From: an uncultured Acidimicrobiaceae bacterium
GTDB lineage: Bacteria > Actinomycetota > Acidimicrobiia > Acidimicrobiales > RAAP-2
Reading direction: 5' to 3'
Assembly (NCBI GenBank): GCA_963700135.1
Contig: CAVOWM010000010.1
Span: 26,775-90,774, forward strand
DNA: 64,000 nucleotides
Positions 30,506 to 39,366 of the stretch are shown piece after piece. The position numbers and the translations under genes are program-made. Each line of letters opens with the position of its first letter. Position 1 is the first letter of the stretch. Under the pieces are notes generated by a model. It ran no database searches and was not told the origin of the DNA. It saw nothing but the letters and a program-made list of their open reading frames with translations.

Positions 30506-31333
30506 TCAGGCGTGCGGACTCGCGCCGTCGGGCGCGACGCCGAGACGAGTCGTGAAGAAGTCCAGTACGTCCTCGAGCGCTCGCCGGGTCGGCGACGTGG
30601 CCTCGTCGGAGTAGTCCTCGGTCAGCACCGAGTGGGCCGACTTCTTGTAGCCCCACGGGTTGCCCGGCGACGAGTCGATCTCGACCCCAATGAACCGGTC
30701 GCCGAGCGTTTCGCGCAAGCGCGTGAATCGCTCGGCCGGTGACTTCTTGTCACCGCTGAAACGCAGGCCCATGACGCACAGGTCCTCGGTCGTACGCCGC
30801 TGAACGACGGCGAAGTCGTCATCAGAGAGGCCGAGGGCGCGGCGATGCTCCGGGTTGGTGGGAAACGGCAGCGACGGCTGGCTCATAACGGGCGCGATGA
30901 CTGAGGGCTCGACGCACATGGCCAACGCGAAGCCACCGGTCAGGCACATGCCCACGGCACCCACACCTGGTCCGCCATGTGCCTCACGTTCGTGGAACGC
31001 AAGTTCGCGAAGGTAGTCGACAATGGGGCTCGTCTTATTGAGTGCTAAGAGCGTGAACTCCTTGCTGACACAGGCTCGCGCCAGGGAGGAGAGTGCGTAT
31101 GGAACGGTCATCGGTCTTCCGGCTGTGCCCAGCAAACTGGGCAGGACTGCGGTCATGCCTCGGTCGGCGACCTTGCGAGCGAAGTCCGCGACGAGAGGGG
31201 TGATCCCCGGGATCTCGTGAATGATGATCACGGCCGGTCCTCTGCCACGGCGATAGACGTCGTGTGTACGTCGACTCGACGACGTGAAAGGTTCGAACTC
31301 GAAGCCCTGGAGGGCGAATGGCACGACACTCAT
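30506..31333 (-). CDS. dienelactone hydrolase family protein
   Basis: VIIIHEIPGITP and GMCLTGG nucleophile motifs. Confidence 0.85.
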   Translation of the reverse strand: MSVVPFALQGFEFEPFTSSSRRTHDVYRRGRGPAVIIIHEIPGITPLVADFARKVADRGMTAVLPSLLGTAGRPMTVPYALSSLARACVSKEFTLLALNKTSPIVDYLRELAFHEREAHGGPGVGAVGMCLTGGFALAMCVEPSVIAPVMSQPSLPFPTNPEHRRALGLSDDDFAVVQRRTTEDLCVMGLRFSGDKKSPAERFTRLRETLGDRFIGVEIDSSPGNPWGYKKSAHSVLTEDYSDEATSPTRRALEDVLDFFTTRLGVAPDGASPHA

Positions 31334-31443
31334 GGTTATTCCGATCTCAATTTCCTTGGTTCAACTGGCTCGATCCGATCACAACGCGACAAGACCAAGG
31401 TAGTTTCATCGAAACATGAGATTCCAATGAATGGGAGTGCAGT

Positions 31444-32631
31444 GTGTCCAATCCGCATACGATCCTCTATCGCAATCCTGACTTCGACGGCCAGCTTGGT
31501 CGCACGCTGTCCGCGGCGCAATTCCACTCGTCGGATTTGGGTGAAGCGCTAGCCACGGCTCGGGGCGTCAAGAAATTGACTGGCGCCTCGTGGCATCGGG
31601 CGTGGGCGAATGCGGCGACCAACGCCGAGCTAAGCGCACGCTCGTCTATCGCCATCGGCGACACCGTCTCTGCCCGACACGCGCACTTACGCGCGAGCGA
31701 ATACTTTCGACAGAGCTACTACTTTTTGCGCTCAGACCTGGACGACAAACGATTGCAAGATAGTTACCGCCAACACGTGTCGACGTTCATCGCTGCGACG
31801 GAGCTGATGAAGCATCCGGCCGAACGGGTGAAAATTCCGTTCGAACAGACTTACCTGATTGGATATTTTTACGCTCCCGACGACTCGAGGACGAAACGCC
31901 CGACATTGCTCTTTCCATGCGGCTACGACTCCACGGCAGAGGCCGGTTGGGTTAATGTGCCCGCGGCGCTAGAGCGCGGATACAACGTCCTCGTCTTCGA
32001 AGGACCGGGCCAGGGAGAGGCCCTCTTCAACCAGCGACTGTATCTCCGACCTGACTTCGAGAAGGTTTGCACTCCTGTCGTCGACTGGTTGCTCACTCGG
32101 TCGGAGGTCGAGCCCACTTCCGTGGCCCTGATCGGGAGGTCATTCGCGGGCTACTTGGCACCCCGCGCCGCCGCTTTCGAACACCGCCTCGCGGCACTCG
32201 TCGTAGATCCGGCGCAGCCGGACATGGCCGAGCGTCTCCCTGCAGGTATGGCCGCCAAATTCGCTGGACCCGTCGTCAAGGCACAAATGCGATTCAGCCA
32301 GGCTCGGAGGGAATTCTTTGGAGCTCGCATGGCCGCTCATGGTCTCCATGACATCGATTCGTATTTCGCGGAACTGCGGCGTTTCAACATGCTCGACGTT
32401 TCTAAGCAGATCGCCTGCCCTACGTTGATTGTCGAATCGGAGAACGACTTCGCCGGTGGCAGCGGTCGGACCTTGCAGACAGCAATGACAGCGCCCACGA
32501 CGTTCGTGCAGCTCAGCGCAGAGCAGGGCGCAGACGGACATTGCGCCGGCCTTGGACAAGAGATTTGGTCTGATGCAGTGTACGGGTGGCTTCGCGAGAC
32601 ATTGGAACACGAGCGAACGTCGACAAGCTAA
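31444..32631 (+). CDS. alpha/beta hydrolase (DUF1100 / prolyl-oligopeptidase-like)
   Basis: GRSFAGY nucleophile elbow. 395 aa with a helical N-terminal cap. Confidence 0.75.
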   Translation: MSNPHTILYRNPDFDGQLGRTLSAAQFHSSDLGEALATARGVKKLTGASWHRAWANAATNAELSARSSIAIGDTVSARHAHLRASEYFRQSYYFLRSDLDDKRLQDSYRQHVSTFIAATELMKHPAERVKIPFEQTYLIGYFYAPDDSRTKRPTLLFPCGYDSTAEAGWVNVPAALERGYNVLVFEGPGQGEALFNQRLYLRPDFEKVCTPVVDWLLTRSEVEPTSVALIGRSFAGYLAPRAAAFEHRLAALVVDPAQPDMAERLPAGMAAKFAGPVVKAQMRFSQARREFFGARMAAHGLHDIDSYFAELRRFNMLDVSKQIACPTLIVESENDFAGGSGRTLQTAMTAPTTFVQLSAEQGADGHCAGLGQEIWSDAVYGWLRETLEHERTSTS

Positions 32632-32680
32632 CCCGCGAATGGCTGGTCGGTCTCCCCGGCGTGCCGAGTGGATCCGTGAG

Positions 32681-32809
32681 GACCGGTACCTCGTGGATGA
32701 CGATGACCTCGGGGCCGCTGCCCGTTCGAAAGACGTCGCGCTTGCGACCGTCGGACGACGTGAGGGGTTTCATCTCGAAGCCGTCGAGGGCGAAGGGTAC
32801 GACACTCAT
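32681..32809 (-). pseudogene. truncated paralog (first ~43 codons) of the dienelactone hydrolase at 30506..31333
   Basis: MSVVPFALDGFEMKPLTSSDGRKRDVFRTGSGPEVIVIHEVP aligns with MSVVPFALQGFEFEPFTSSSRRTHDVYRRGRGPAVIIIHEIP. Similarity is then lost. Confidence 0.5.
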
Positions 32810-32950
32810 GGATGCTCCCATTTCAAGAGTTCCACCGCACGACGCACCTGGCAGTTGTCAACACCGTTGGTCGTACTCACCATCGCCGATCAGACGCCGA
32901 CGAGACCGTCGCGTAAGCGGTCACCGTCTGCGCCGGAGCCCCTGCGTAGA

Positions 32951-34606
32951 TCAAAGACAGATCCCGAGGACGCAGATGATCGGAACGGTCGTCGTCGTGG
33001 TGCTCTTGGGCACCGTGGTCGTCGACTTGGGCGCGGTCGTCGTGGTGCTCTTGGGCACCGTGGTCGTCGAGTTGGGCGAGGTCGTCGTGGTGCTCTTCGG
33101 CACCGTCGTCGTCGACTTGGGCATCGTGGTGCTCGTCGTCTCGCCCGGCGCCGTCGTGCTCGTCGTGCCCTTGGTCGGAATCGTCGTCGTACTCGTCGCC
33201 GAGGCCACGGTCGAAGTGGAACTCGCGGGCGACGTCACCGGTGGATCATTCGCACCCGCGCCGGTGTTTCCCGACGCGCTCGAACCACCTGATGAGTTCG
33301 TCGAGGTGACCGAGGTCGTCGTCGTGTCCGACGTGCCCGAGGTGGCACCGATGCCACTCGCTGGGGTCACCGGATTCCCGCCGCTTGACTGTGAGGTCGC
33401 GTCATTCGTCGCGCCCGTCGGCACGGACGCCGTGCGGTCCGCGGCCACCGCGACGGGCGTCGCCGCCGGTAGATGCGTCGCCGAGTGGGCAACGCCGACC
33501 ACGGCGGCGCCCGTGATACTGATCGAGATCGCCGCGGTTCGAGCCGCGGCGACGCCCACCTGCGCGAGGGTCGGCACGTTGCCGACGAAGGGGAGTGATC
33601 CGAGCCAAGCGACCGGACCCGCCACGACGCGCAAGCGTCCGATCGACACGTCAAGAAACGCCCGCACCACAGTCGGATCGAAGTGCGTCCCCGCGCAGGC
33701 CTGTAGTTCGGCTCGAGCGGCTTGAGGCGTCATCGCCGGCTTGTAACTGCGGACAGCAGTCATCACGTCATAGGCGTCGGCGACCGCGACGATCCGCGCC
33801 CCCAGGGAGATTTCTTGGCCCCGCAGGCCGCGCGGGTAGCCCGACCCGTCGTACTTCTCGTGGTGCTCGGCCATCGTGTCCGCCCACTGGCCGAGCCACG
33901 CCGAGAGCGGCGCCGTGAGCTTCGCGCCTTCGAGGGGGTGATTCTTGATCTGCTCCCATTCGGCGTCGTCCAGTGCGCCCGGTTTGTTCAAGATCTCGGG
34001 ATGGACCGCGACCTTCCCGATGTCGTGCAGGAGTGCCGACCAGCGAAGACGGTCGCGATCGACCTGTGGCAACTTCATCTCTTCGGCGATCAGGTCGGTG
34101 TACATTCGCACGCGCTCACTGTGGCCGCGGGTGCGACGATCATGGACGTTGAGGGCGCCGGCGAGCACGAGGATCTTCTCCGCGGCGATCACGGGCGCGT
34201 CGCGCATGCCGTTGTCCTTCGCCTCCTGCACTCGTCGAGCCAGGTCTCTGGTACTTCCGGCCTTGCGCGCCACGGCCATCCTCTTCGGCGCTTGGTCGGG
34301 GAACACCAGCGTCATCTTCAGCAACACCGCGAGCGGCAGCAGTCGACGCGCCACCCGATCGGTCAGGACCAGCACGATCAGCGGGGTGCCCAGCACCAGC
34401 AACCACCATCCGACCGTTGCGCCGGCGCCGTGCGGCGCGGGCAGCGAGCGAGCGACGAGCGCCGCGGCGATGACCGAAAGGGCGACGGGGACCAAGAATG
34501 CCGTGACGCTCACGAACATCGACAACCATCGGCGCCCGCGCCACCGGTTGGGCGCACCGTCCGCGTGCATGCTGTGGTTCGCGTTGTTCACCGTTCGCCC
34601 TCGCAA
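32951..34606 (-). CDS. membrane-anchored HD-GYP domain protein (c-di-GMP phosphodiesterase type) with long Ser/Thr-rich C-terminal tail
   Basis: Two N-terminal TM helices, then HSERV...LLHDIGK...HHEKYDGSGYP. Further hydrophobic segments follow, then about 200 aa of S/T/G/P low-complexity sequence. Confidence 0.85.
   Translation of the reverse strand: MRGRTVNNANHSMHADGAPNRWRGRRWLSMFVSVTAFLVPVALSVIAAALVARSLPAPHGAGATVGWWLLVLGTPLIVLVLTDRVARRLLPLAVLLKMTLVFPDQAPKRMAVARKAGSTRDLARRVQEAKDNGMRDAPVIAAEKILVLAGALNVHDRRTRGHSERVRMYTDLIAEEMKLPQVDRDRLRWSALLHDIGKVAVHPEILNKPGALDDAEWEQIKNHPLEGAKLTAPLSAWLGQWADTMAEHHEKYDGSGYPRGLRGQEISLGARIVAVADAYDVMTAVRSYKPAMTPQAARAELQACAGTHFDPTVVRAFLDVSIGRLRVVAGPVAWLGSLPFVGNVPTLAQVGVAAARTAAISISITGAAVVGVAHSATHLPAATPVAVAADRTASVPTGATNDATSQSSGGNPVTPASGIGATSGTSDTTTTSVTSTNSSGGSSASGNTGAGANDPPVTSPASSTSTVASATSTTTIPTKGTTSTTAPGETTSTTMPKSTTTVPKSTTTTSPNSTTTVPKSTTTTAPKSTTTVPKSTTTTTVPIICVLGICL
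32987..33124 (-). repeat. 45-bp (15-aa) tandem repeat x3 inside the HD-GYP tail
   Basis: Units at 32987 (48 nt), 33035 and 33080 encode STTTVPKSTTTT(S/A)P(N/K). Confidence 0.85.
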
Positions 34607-34774
34607 CGTTGTCCGACACCGTCTGAAGTGACGATAGTTCTGCGCTCCTGGTCAGAGGGTCAAATTACCAACAACTCGACGCGGGAATCCGTTGTGATTG
34701 AGGGTTGCAACAGCCCTCCGAGCCTCGCGTGAAGCTGCCCACGAACTGATCCGATCCCGCGATCATCCGCTTCG

Positions 34775-35245
34775 TCAGCGAACGCGGATGACCACCGTGA
34801 AGTGACTCTCGCTCGACGTGCACACCGAGCCCGTCGGACAGGACGTGAGGAGGGCGATGAGTCGAATGAGACCCGGCTCGAGGGCGTAGTAGACGGCCTT
34901 GATCGAGCCGCACGTGCGTCCCGGTACACAGGCCTGGATCGCGCCGGAGGTCTTCGTCGGAGTGACCGACGTCGACACCAGCTCGACGACCTTGCGCGTG
35001 CCCTGCGTGGTGAAGGTCCATTCGGGATTCGTCAGCGTGACGACGATGTGGGCGCCCGGCGTGGCGACGATGACCCGTCCGTTGTCCGCGGCCGTGATCG
35101 TGACGGTCTTGGCGGCGGTCGCCGCGGTGCCGACGCCCGTCGTGCCCAGGAACAGTGCGCCGATGGTGACCAGTGCGACCACGGCCTGTCGGGCGTGCGC
35201 GCGCCGTCCGGTCCCGGTGGTTGAGCGAGTGAAGAACTGATTCAT
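34775..35245 (-). CDS. secreted hypothetical protein with four Cys
   Basis: ATG at 35245 gives an N-terminus with RR and a hydrophobic core (AVVALVTIGALFLGTTGVGTAATA). It lies directly upstream of the HD-GYP gene on the same strand. Confidence 0.55.
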   Translation of the reverse strand: MNQFFTRSTTGTGRRAHARQAVVALVTIGALFLGTTGVGTAATAAKTVTITAADNGRVIVATPGAHIVVTLTNPEWTFTTQGTRKVVELVSTSVTPTKTSGAIQACVPGRTCGSIKAVYYALEPGLIRLIALLTSCPTGSVCTSSESHFTVVIRVR

Positions 35246-35397
35246 TTCGATCCTCTCGTTACTCGACGTTGCCATCGATTGTTCGATCCGGCATAACTTC
35301 AAATGAACCCTGCGATCGATCAGCGATCGACCCGTCCTCGGCCGGTGCCCGGCGGCATTCGGAACCGGACGTCGACCACTTTGTTGCTGACTACAGC

Positions 35398-36906
35398 CTA
35401 GGCACTGAGTCGATTTGTCGGATCAAGCAGCGGGATCTCCTTGATTCGCTCGAGCGAGGCGAGTGCGGGCTGGGAGAGCTTCCTGCGGCTCGGGACGAGC
35501 AGGGCCATCACGACACCGATGGCCACGACGAGGGCGCCGACGTACATCGCCGGTCGCAGTCCGTTGACGTAGTCCTGGGCCGAGAGGTAGCCGCCGCTCG
35601 AGGAGAAGACCGCGCCGAGCAGCGCGATGCCGAAGACCCCACCGAGTTCACGGAATGCGGCGTTGGTGCCCGAGGCGAGTCCCTCGTGCTCGACCGGGAC
35701 CGAGCCCAACACCAACGACGCCACCGGGACGAAGAACAGCGTCATGCCGACACCGGCGACGATGAAGGCCGGCACCATGTCCGTGTACGGGGTCGTCGGC
35801 GTCAACAGGATCGCCAACCACGTCAGGCTCAGCGCCTGGAGGATCAGGCCCGTGACGACGAGCGGCTTGCCGCCGAAGCGCTGCGCGAGGAGTCCCACGA
35901 CGGGGGCGAGGAGCATGGGCATGCCGGTCCAGGGAAGGACGCGCAGCCCCGCCCCGAGCGGCGAGTAGCCCTGCACGGTCTGGAGGAACTGCGAGAGGAA
36001 GAACACCGTGCCGAACATGCCGAAGCTGAACAACAGCGCGGTCACGTTGATCGCGGCGAACCCGCGGTTGCGAAATAACTGCAAGTTGAGCATCGGCGCC
36101 GTCGCGCGGAGTTCCCAACGGATGAAGGCCACCAACAAGACGGCACCGATCACGAAGGAGGACAGCACGCTCGCGCTGGTCCAGCCACTGGCGTTGCCGC
36201 GCACGAGGCCGAGGACCACGCCGAGGAGGCCGCCGCTGACGAGGAGAGCGCCGCGAAAGTCGAGGCGGCTCTGGACGCCGCGTGACTCGGCCAGCTTCCA
36301 CCACGCCAACGGCACGAGCACGATGCCGATCGGTACGTTCAGCCAGAAGATGTAGTGCCATGACCACCCGGTGGTGACCGCGCCGCCCACGAGCGGCCCG
36401 AGCGCGATCGCCGCACCGCCGATCGCGCCCCAGATGCCGAGTGCGGCGTTGCGGCGTTCGGGCTTGACGGCCGCGCTCAACAGCGTGAGCGACAGGGGCA
36501 TGATCATGGCGCCGCCGGCACCCTGGAGGGCTCGCGCGGCGATGAGGAACCCGATGTTCGGGCTGATCGCCGCGAGCGCCGACGCCGTGGTGAACAGCGC
36601 GATGCCGGTCATGAACGTGCGCCGACGACCGAAGCGTTCGCCGAAGGCCGCGGCGGTGAGCAACAGCACGGCGAACGTCAGGGTGTAGGCGTTGACCGTC
36701 CACTCGAGTCCGGAGAGTCCGGCGTGGAGGTGGATCCGGATCACCGGCAGGGCGGTCGTGACGACGAGGTTGTCGAGCGAGGCCATGAAGAGTGCGAGGC
36801 CGGTGATGAGCACGGCCCACGCACCACGGTGGCGATCGTCACGGCGTCGCGGGGTCGGCAGACTCGTCGGCTCGGCGTCGATCGGTCGGGTGAGTGTGGT
36901 GGTCAT
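35398..36906 (-). CDS. MFS efflux transporter, DHA2 (EmrB/QacA) family
   Basis: 14-TMS pattern. LDNLVVTTALP and GERFGRRR motifs. AAGGAG RBS. Confidence 0.9.
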   Translation of the reverse strand: MTTTLTRPIDAEPTSLPTPRRRDDRHRGAWAVLITGLALFMASLDNLVVTTALPVIRIHLHAGLSGLEWTVNAYTLTFAVLLLTAAAFGERFGRRRTFMTGIALFTTASALAAISPNIGFLIAARALQGAGGAMIMPLSLTLLSAAVKPERRNAALGIWGAIGGAAIALGPLVGGAVTTGWSWHYIFWLNVPIGIVLVPLAWWKLAESRGVQSRLDFRGALLVSGGLLGVVLGLVRGNASGWTSASVLSSFVIGAVLLVAFIRWELRATAPMLNLQLFRNRGFAAINVTALLFSFGMFGTVFFLSQFLQTVQGYSPLGAGLRVLPWTGMPMLLAPVVGLLAQRFGGKPLVVTGLILQALSLTWLAILLTPTTPYTDMVPAFIVAGVGMTLFFVPVASLVLGSVPVEHEGLASGTNAAFRELGGVFGIALLGAVFSSSGGYLSAQDYVNGLRPAMYVGALVVAIGVVMALLVPSRRKLSQPALASLERIKEIPLLDPTNRLSA

Positions 36907-36965
36907 CGGGGTGCTCCTTGCCCTTGCGCTCCCACCCGGAAACCCCTGATGGAAGGTGCTGTTAG

Positions 36966-36986
36966 TTGTGAGTAGTCACTATCTTG
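36966..36986 (-). promoter_or_regulatory. operator-like motif upstream of the MFS gene
   Basis: Minus strand CAAGATAGTGACTA matches 12 of 14 positions of CAAGGTAGTGAGTA upstream of the tetR gene. Confidence 0.4.
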
Positions 36987-37015
36987 AAACGTGAAAAAAA
37001 ATAGAGGGGTCATCG

Positions 37016-37630
37016 TCACGACGCCTGCGCCGTCGATTGCTGCTGTGCCGCGTTGCGCGCGTCGGAGATCGCGTTCATGGCCTCGAATTTGTCCATCCCG
37101 GGACAGATCGACTGGGCCCACGACGCCTTCACCGAGAGCAGGTCGATCGCGGACATCACTGAGATCAACATCCCGTTGGCGAAGAAGTCCTGGATCATCT
37201 CCTGGTCCAGACCCAACTTGTCCTTGACCATGTGCCACAGCACTTCGAAGGTCCGTCGACAGGCCGCGGCGATATCGGGGTCGCCCGTGGCCGCGGCGTA
37301 GCCGTGCATCTGGACCTGCAGCATCTCGGTGTCTTGCATCAACTGCAGATAGGCCATGCCCATCGCGTGCATTGCCTCTTCGCCGTCGAGCCCTTCGATC
37401 GCGCGCGACAGCTCGTTCACGATGCGGCTGCCGACCTGGTCGTAGGTCGCGATGAACAGGTCCTTCTTCGTGCCGAAGAGTCGGAAGAGGTACGGCTGGG
37501 AGATCCCGGCGCGCGCGGCGATGGCGTCGGTCGACGTCCCGGCGTAACCGGACTTGGCGAACTCGGTGACCGCGGCGCTCAAGACGGCGACTCGTCGTTC
37601 GGCGGCTGTCTGTCGGGTCGAAACCATCAT
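37016..37630 (-). CDS. TetR/AcrR family transcriptional regulator
   Basis: N-terminal HTH (FAKSGYAGTSTDAIAARAGISQPYLFRLF). Confidence 0.9.
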   Translation of the reverse strand: MMVSTRQTAAERRVAVLSAAVTEFAKSGYAGTSTDAIAARAGISQPYLFRLFGTKKDLFIATYDQVGSRIVNELSRAIEGLDGEEAMHAMGMAYLQLMQDTEMLQVQMHGYAAATGDPDIAAACRRTFEVLWHMVKDKLGLDQEMIQDFFANGMLISVMSAIDLLSVKASWAQSICPGMDKFEAMNAISDARNAAQQQSTAQAS

Positions 37631-37636
37631 TCGGTC

Positions 37637-37666
37637 ATTGTAAGTGCTTACTCACTACCTTGTCAA
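37637..37666 (-). promoter_or_regulatory. sigma-70-type promoter TTGACA-N18-TACAAT, likely giving a leaderless tetR mRNA
   Basis: -35 at 37666-37661 and -10 at 37642-37637, with only 6 nt between the -10 and the ATG at 37630. Overlaps palindrome GTAAGtgCTTAC. Confidence 0.55.
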
Positions 37667-37946
37667 GCGCATCGTGCGGAAACTCCTAGGAACGCCGAAA
37701 GGGCCGGTAAATCCCGCGTTGCACCGCGGGGATCCGAAGGAACGGGACGGCGATCCCCCGAGAGAACGGCCGCGCGTCGTCGACGCGGATCTCCGGAACG
37801 CGAAGGTACGCGATGCCCACCTTCGCGGCCGCGCGTCGCAGTTTCTCGCTCAAACGAGGCACCATCGTCTCCTCCGTGTCCTGACGTCGTCCCTCATGGT
37901 AGCGAACGCGAACGTCAACACCCGGGGCATCACTTGAGGTCCGGGT

Positions 37947-38474
37947 TCAGGTCCCGGACTGATCCACGACCCGTCGCCAACGCACGAGGTCGGGCGTCCG
38001 GTCGTAGACCTCGAAGCCGGCTTTCGCGAGCACCCGCTGACTGGCCGCGTTCTCGAGGTCCGTCTCGGCGAGGACGACCGTGGCGCCCGGTCGCGCGAGG
38101 TCGCACATCGCGCGCACCGCCTCGGTCGCGACCCCTCGACCCTGACACGACGCACAGACGCCGTAGCCAATCTCGACCTCACCTCGTTCGTTGGGCGAAC
38201 CCTTGAACCCGATCCCGCCGATGCTGCGACCGCTGCGACGTTCGACGATCGCGTAGAGGCCCCACGGCATCGTGGGGGTGACGAAGGCGACGACGCCGTC
38301 GAGCGCGCCCTTGGCGATGAACTCGTCGCCCGGCGTCGGATAGTCCGGTGCCCAAGTCCGTCCGGTGCGGTCCCGCGCGACGATCGCCTCAGCGTCGTTG
38401 GGGGTGAGCCCCAGCAGCCACACTCCATCGGACTCGTCGTTCACCCGCACATTCTCGCAGTCGCTCATCGGCAT
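37947..38474 (-). CDS. GNAT family N-acetyltransferase
   Basis: CQGRGVATEAV acetyl-CoA binding (Q/RxxGxG/A) motif. Confidence 0.85.
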   Translation of the reverse strand: MPMSDCENVRVNDESDGVWLLGLTPNDAEAIVARDRTGRTWAPDYPTPGDEFIAKGALDGVVAFVTPTMPWGLYAIVERRSGRSIGGIGFKGSPNERGEVEIGYGVCASCQGRGVATEAVRAMCDLARPGATVVLAETDLENAASQRVLAKAGFEVYDRTPDLVRWRRVVDQSGT

Positions 38475-38519
38475 CGGTTCCCGGGACCGCTCGTCGACGT
38501 CGCCAGCACTCGGAACAGA

Positions 38520-38837
38520 TCACTTCCTCTTCTTCGGAAGTGGCAGTGCGGCACTGGTCGCTTCCACCAGCGACACGATCCATTCACGGTCGTTCAACTT
38601 GGCCGCCGAGATCCGAAAGGCCGGCTTGGCCCCGTCATAGGGCGGGCCTTGGCCGACGCGGCCCGCCACGGCGGCCCCGGCCGGGGTGATCTTCACGAAG
38701 AGCGTGTTGTCACAGACGAGCGCGAAGTTCTTCCCCTGGTGGTAGAGGCCGTACTCACCGAACATCGGCTTCGCCGTGATCTCGAGCGGCCCCAGTTTCT
38801 CGATGACCGTCTCGATGAACTGCCTGTCAGTCGCCAT
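38520..38837 (-). CDS. TfoX N-terminal-domain protein
   Basis: KPMFGEYGLYHQGKNFALVCDNTLFVK pattern. ATG at 38837. Confidence 0.7.
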   Translation of the reverse strand: MATDRQFIETVIEKLGPLEITAKPMFGEYGLYHQGKNFALVCDNTLFVKITPAGAAVAGRVGQGPPYDGAKPAFRISAAKLNDREWIVSLVEATSAALPLPKKRK

Positions 38838-38880
38838 CGTCGCAATGTAGCAACGCCGACGCCGTCGCACCGACGACGCC

Positions 38881-39366
38881 CTACGAGCGAAAGGACTTCT
38901 CGTGTTGGAGCAGCCATGTCTTTCGCTCGAGGCCGCCGCCGTAGCCGGTGAGCGAGCCGTCCGCCCCGATCACCCGGTGACAGGGCACGATGATGGCGAT
39001 TGGATTGCGACCGTTGGCCAGGCCGACCGCGCGCGACGCGTTCGGGTTGCCGACCCGCCGGGCCAACTCACCGTAGGAGATCGTCTCGCCGTAGGGGATC
39101 TCGCACAGTTGCGACCAGACGCCCTTCTGGAACGCGGTGCCGAGCAGTTCCATCTCGAGGTCGAAACTGGAGAGTTCGCCGATGAAGTACGCGTCGAGTT
39201 GCGCGGTCACGTCCTTGAACCAGGCGTCGTCCTCCTCGGCGTCTTTGGGCGGCGGCGAGGTGTGTCGCTGTTCGTGCATCGCCACGTTCGTGAGCACGCC
39301 GTCACGCGCGATCAGCGTCAGCGGCCCGATCGGGCTCTCCATCGTGGAGGTGAGGATCTCGGTCAT
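38881..39366 (-). CDS. ogt: methylated-DNA-protein-cysteine methyltransferase
   Basis: Active site PCHRV. ATGA overlap with the upstream ada/alkA gene. Confidence 0.9.
   Translation of the reverse strand: MTEILTSTMESPIGPLTLIARDGVLTNVAMHEQRHTSPPPKDAEEDDAWFKDVTAQLDAYFIGELSSFDLEMELLGTAFQKGVWSQLCEIPYGETISYGELARRVGNPNASRAVGLANGRNPIAIIVPCHRVIGADGSLTGYGGGLERKTWLLQHEKSFRS

Noticed and set aside
32586-33725. Val-rich plus-strand ORFs antisense to the Thr-rich regions (32586..33725+, 56108..56593+)
   Set aside because: These are mirror images of ACC/ACG-rich Thr coding. The minus-strand frames have signal/TM segments and an HD-GYP domain or a C-terminal anchor.
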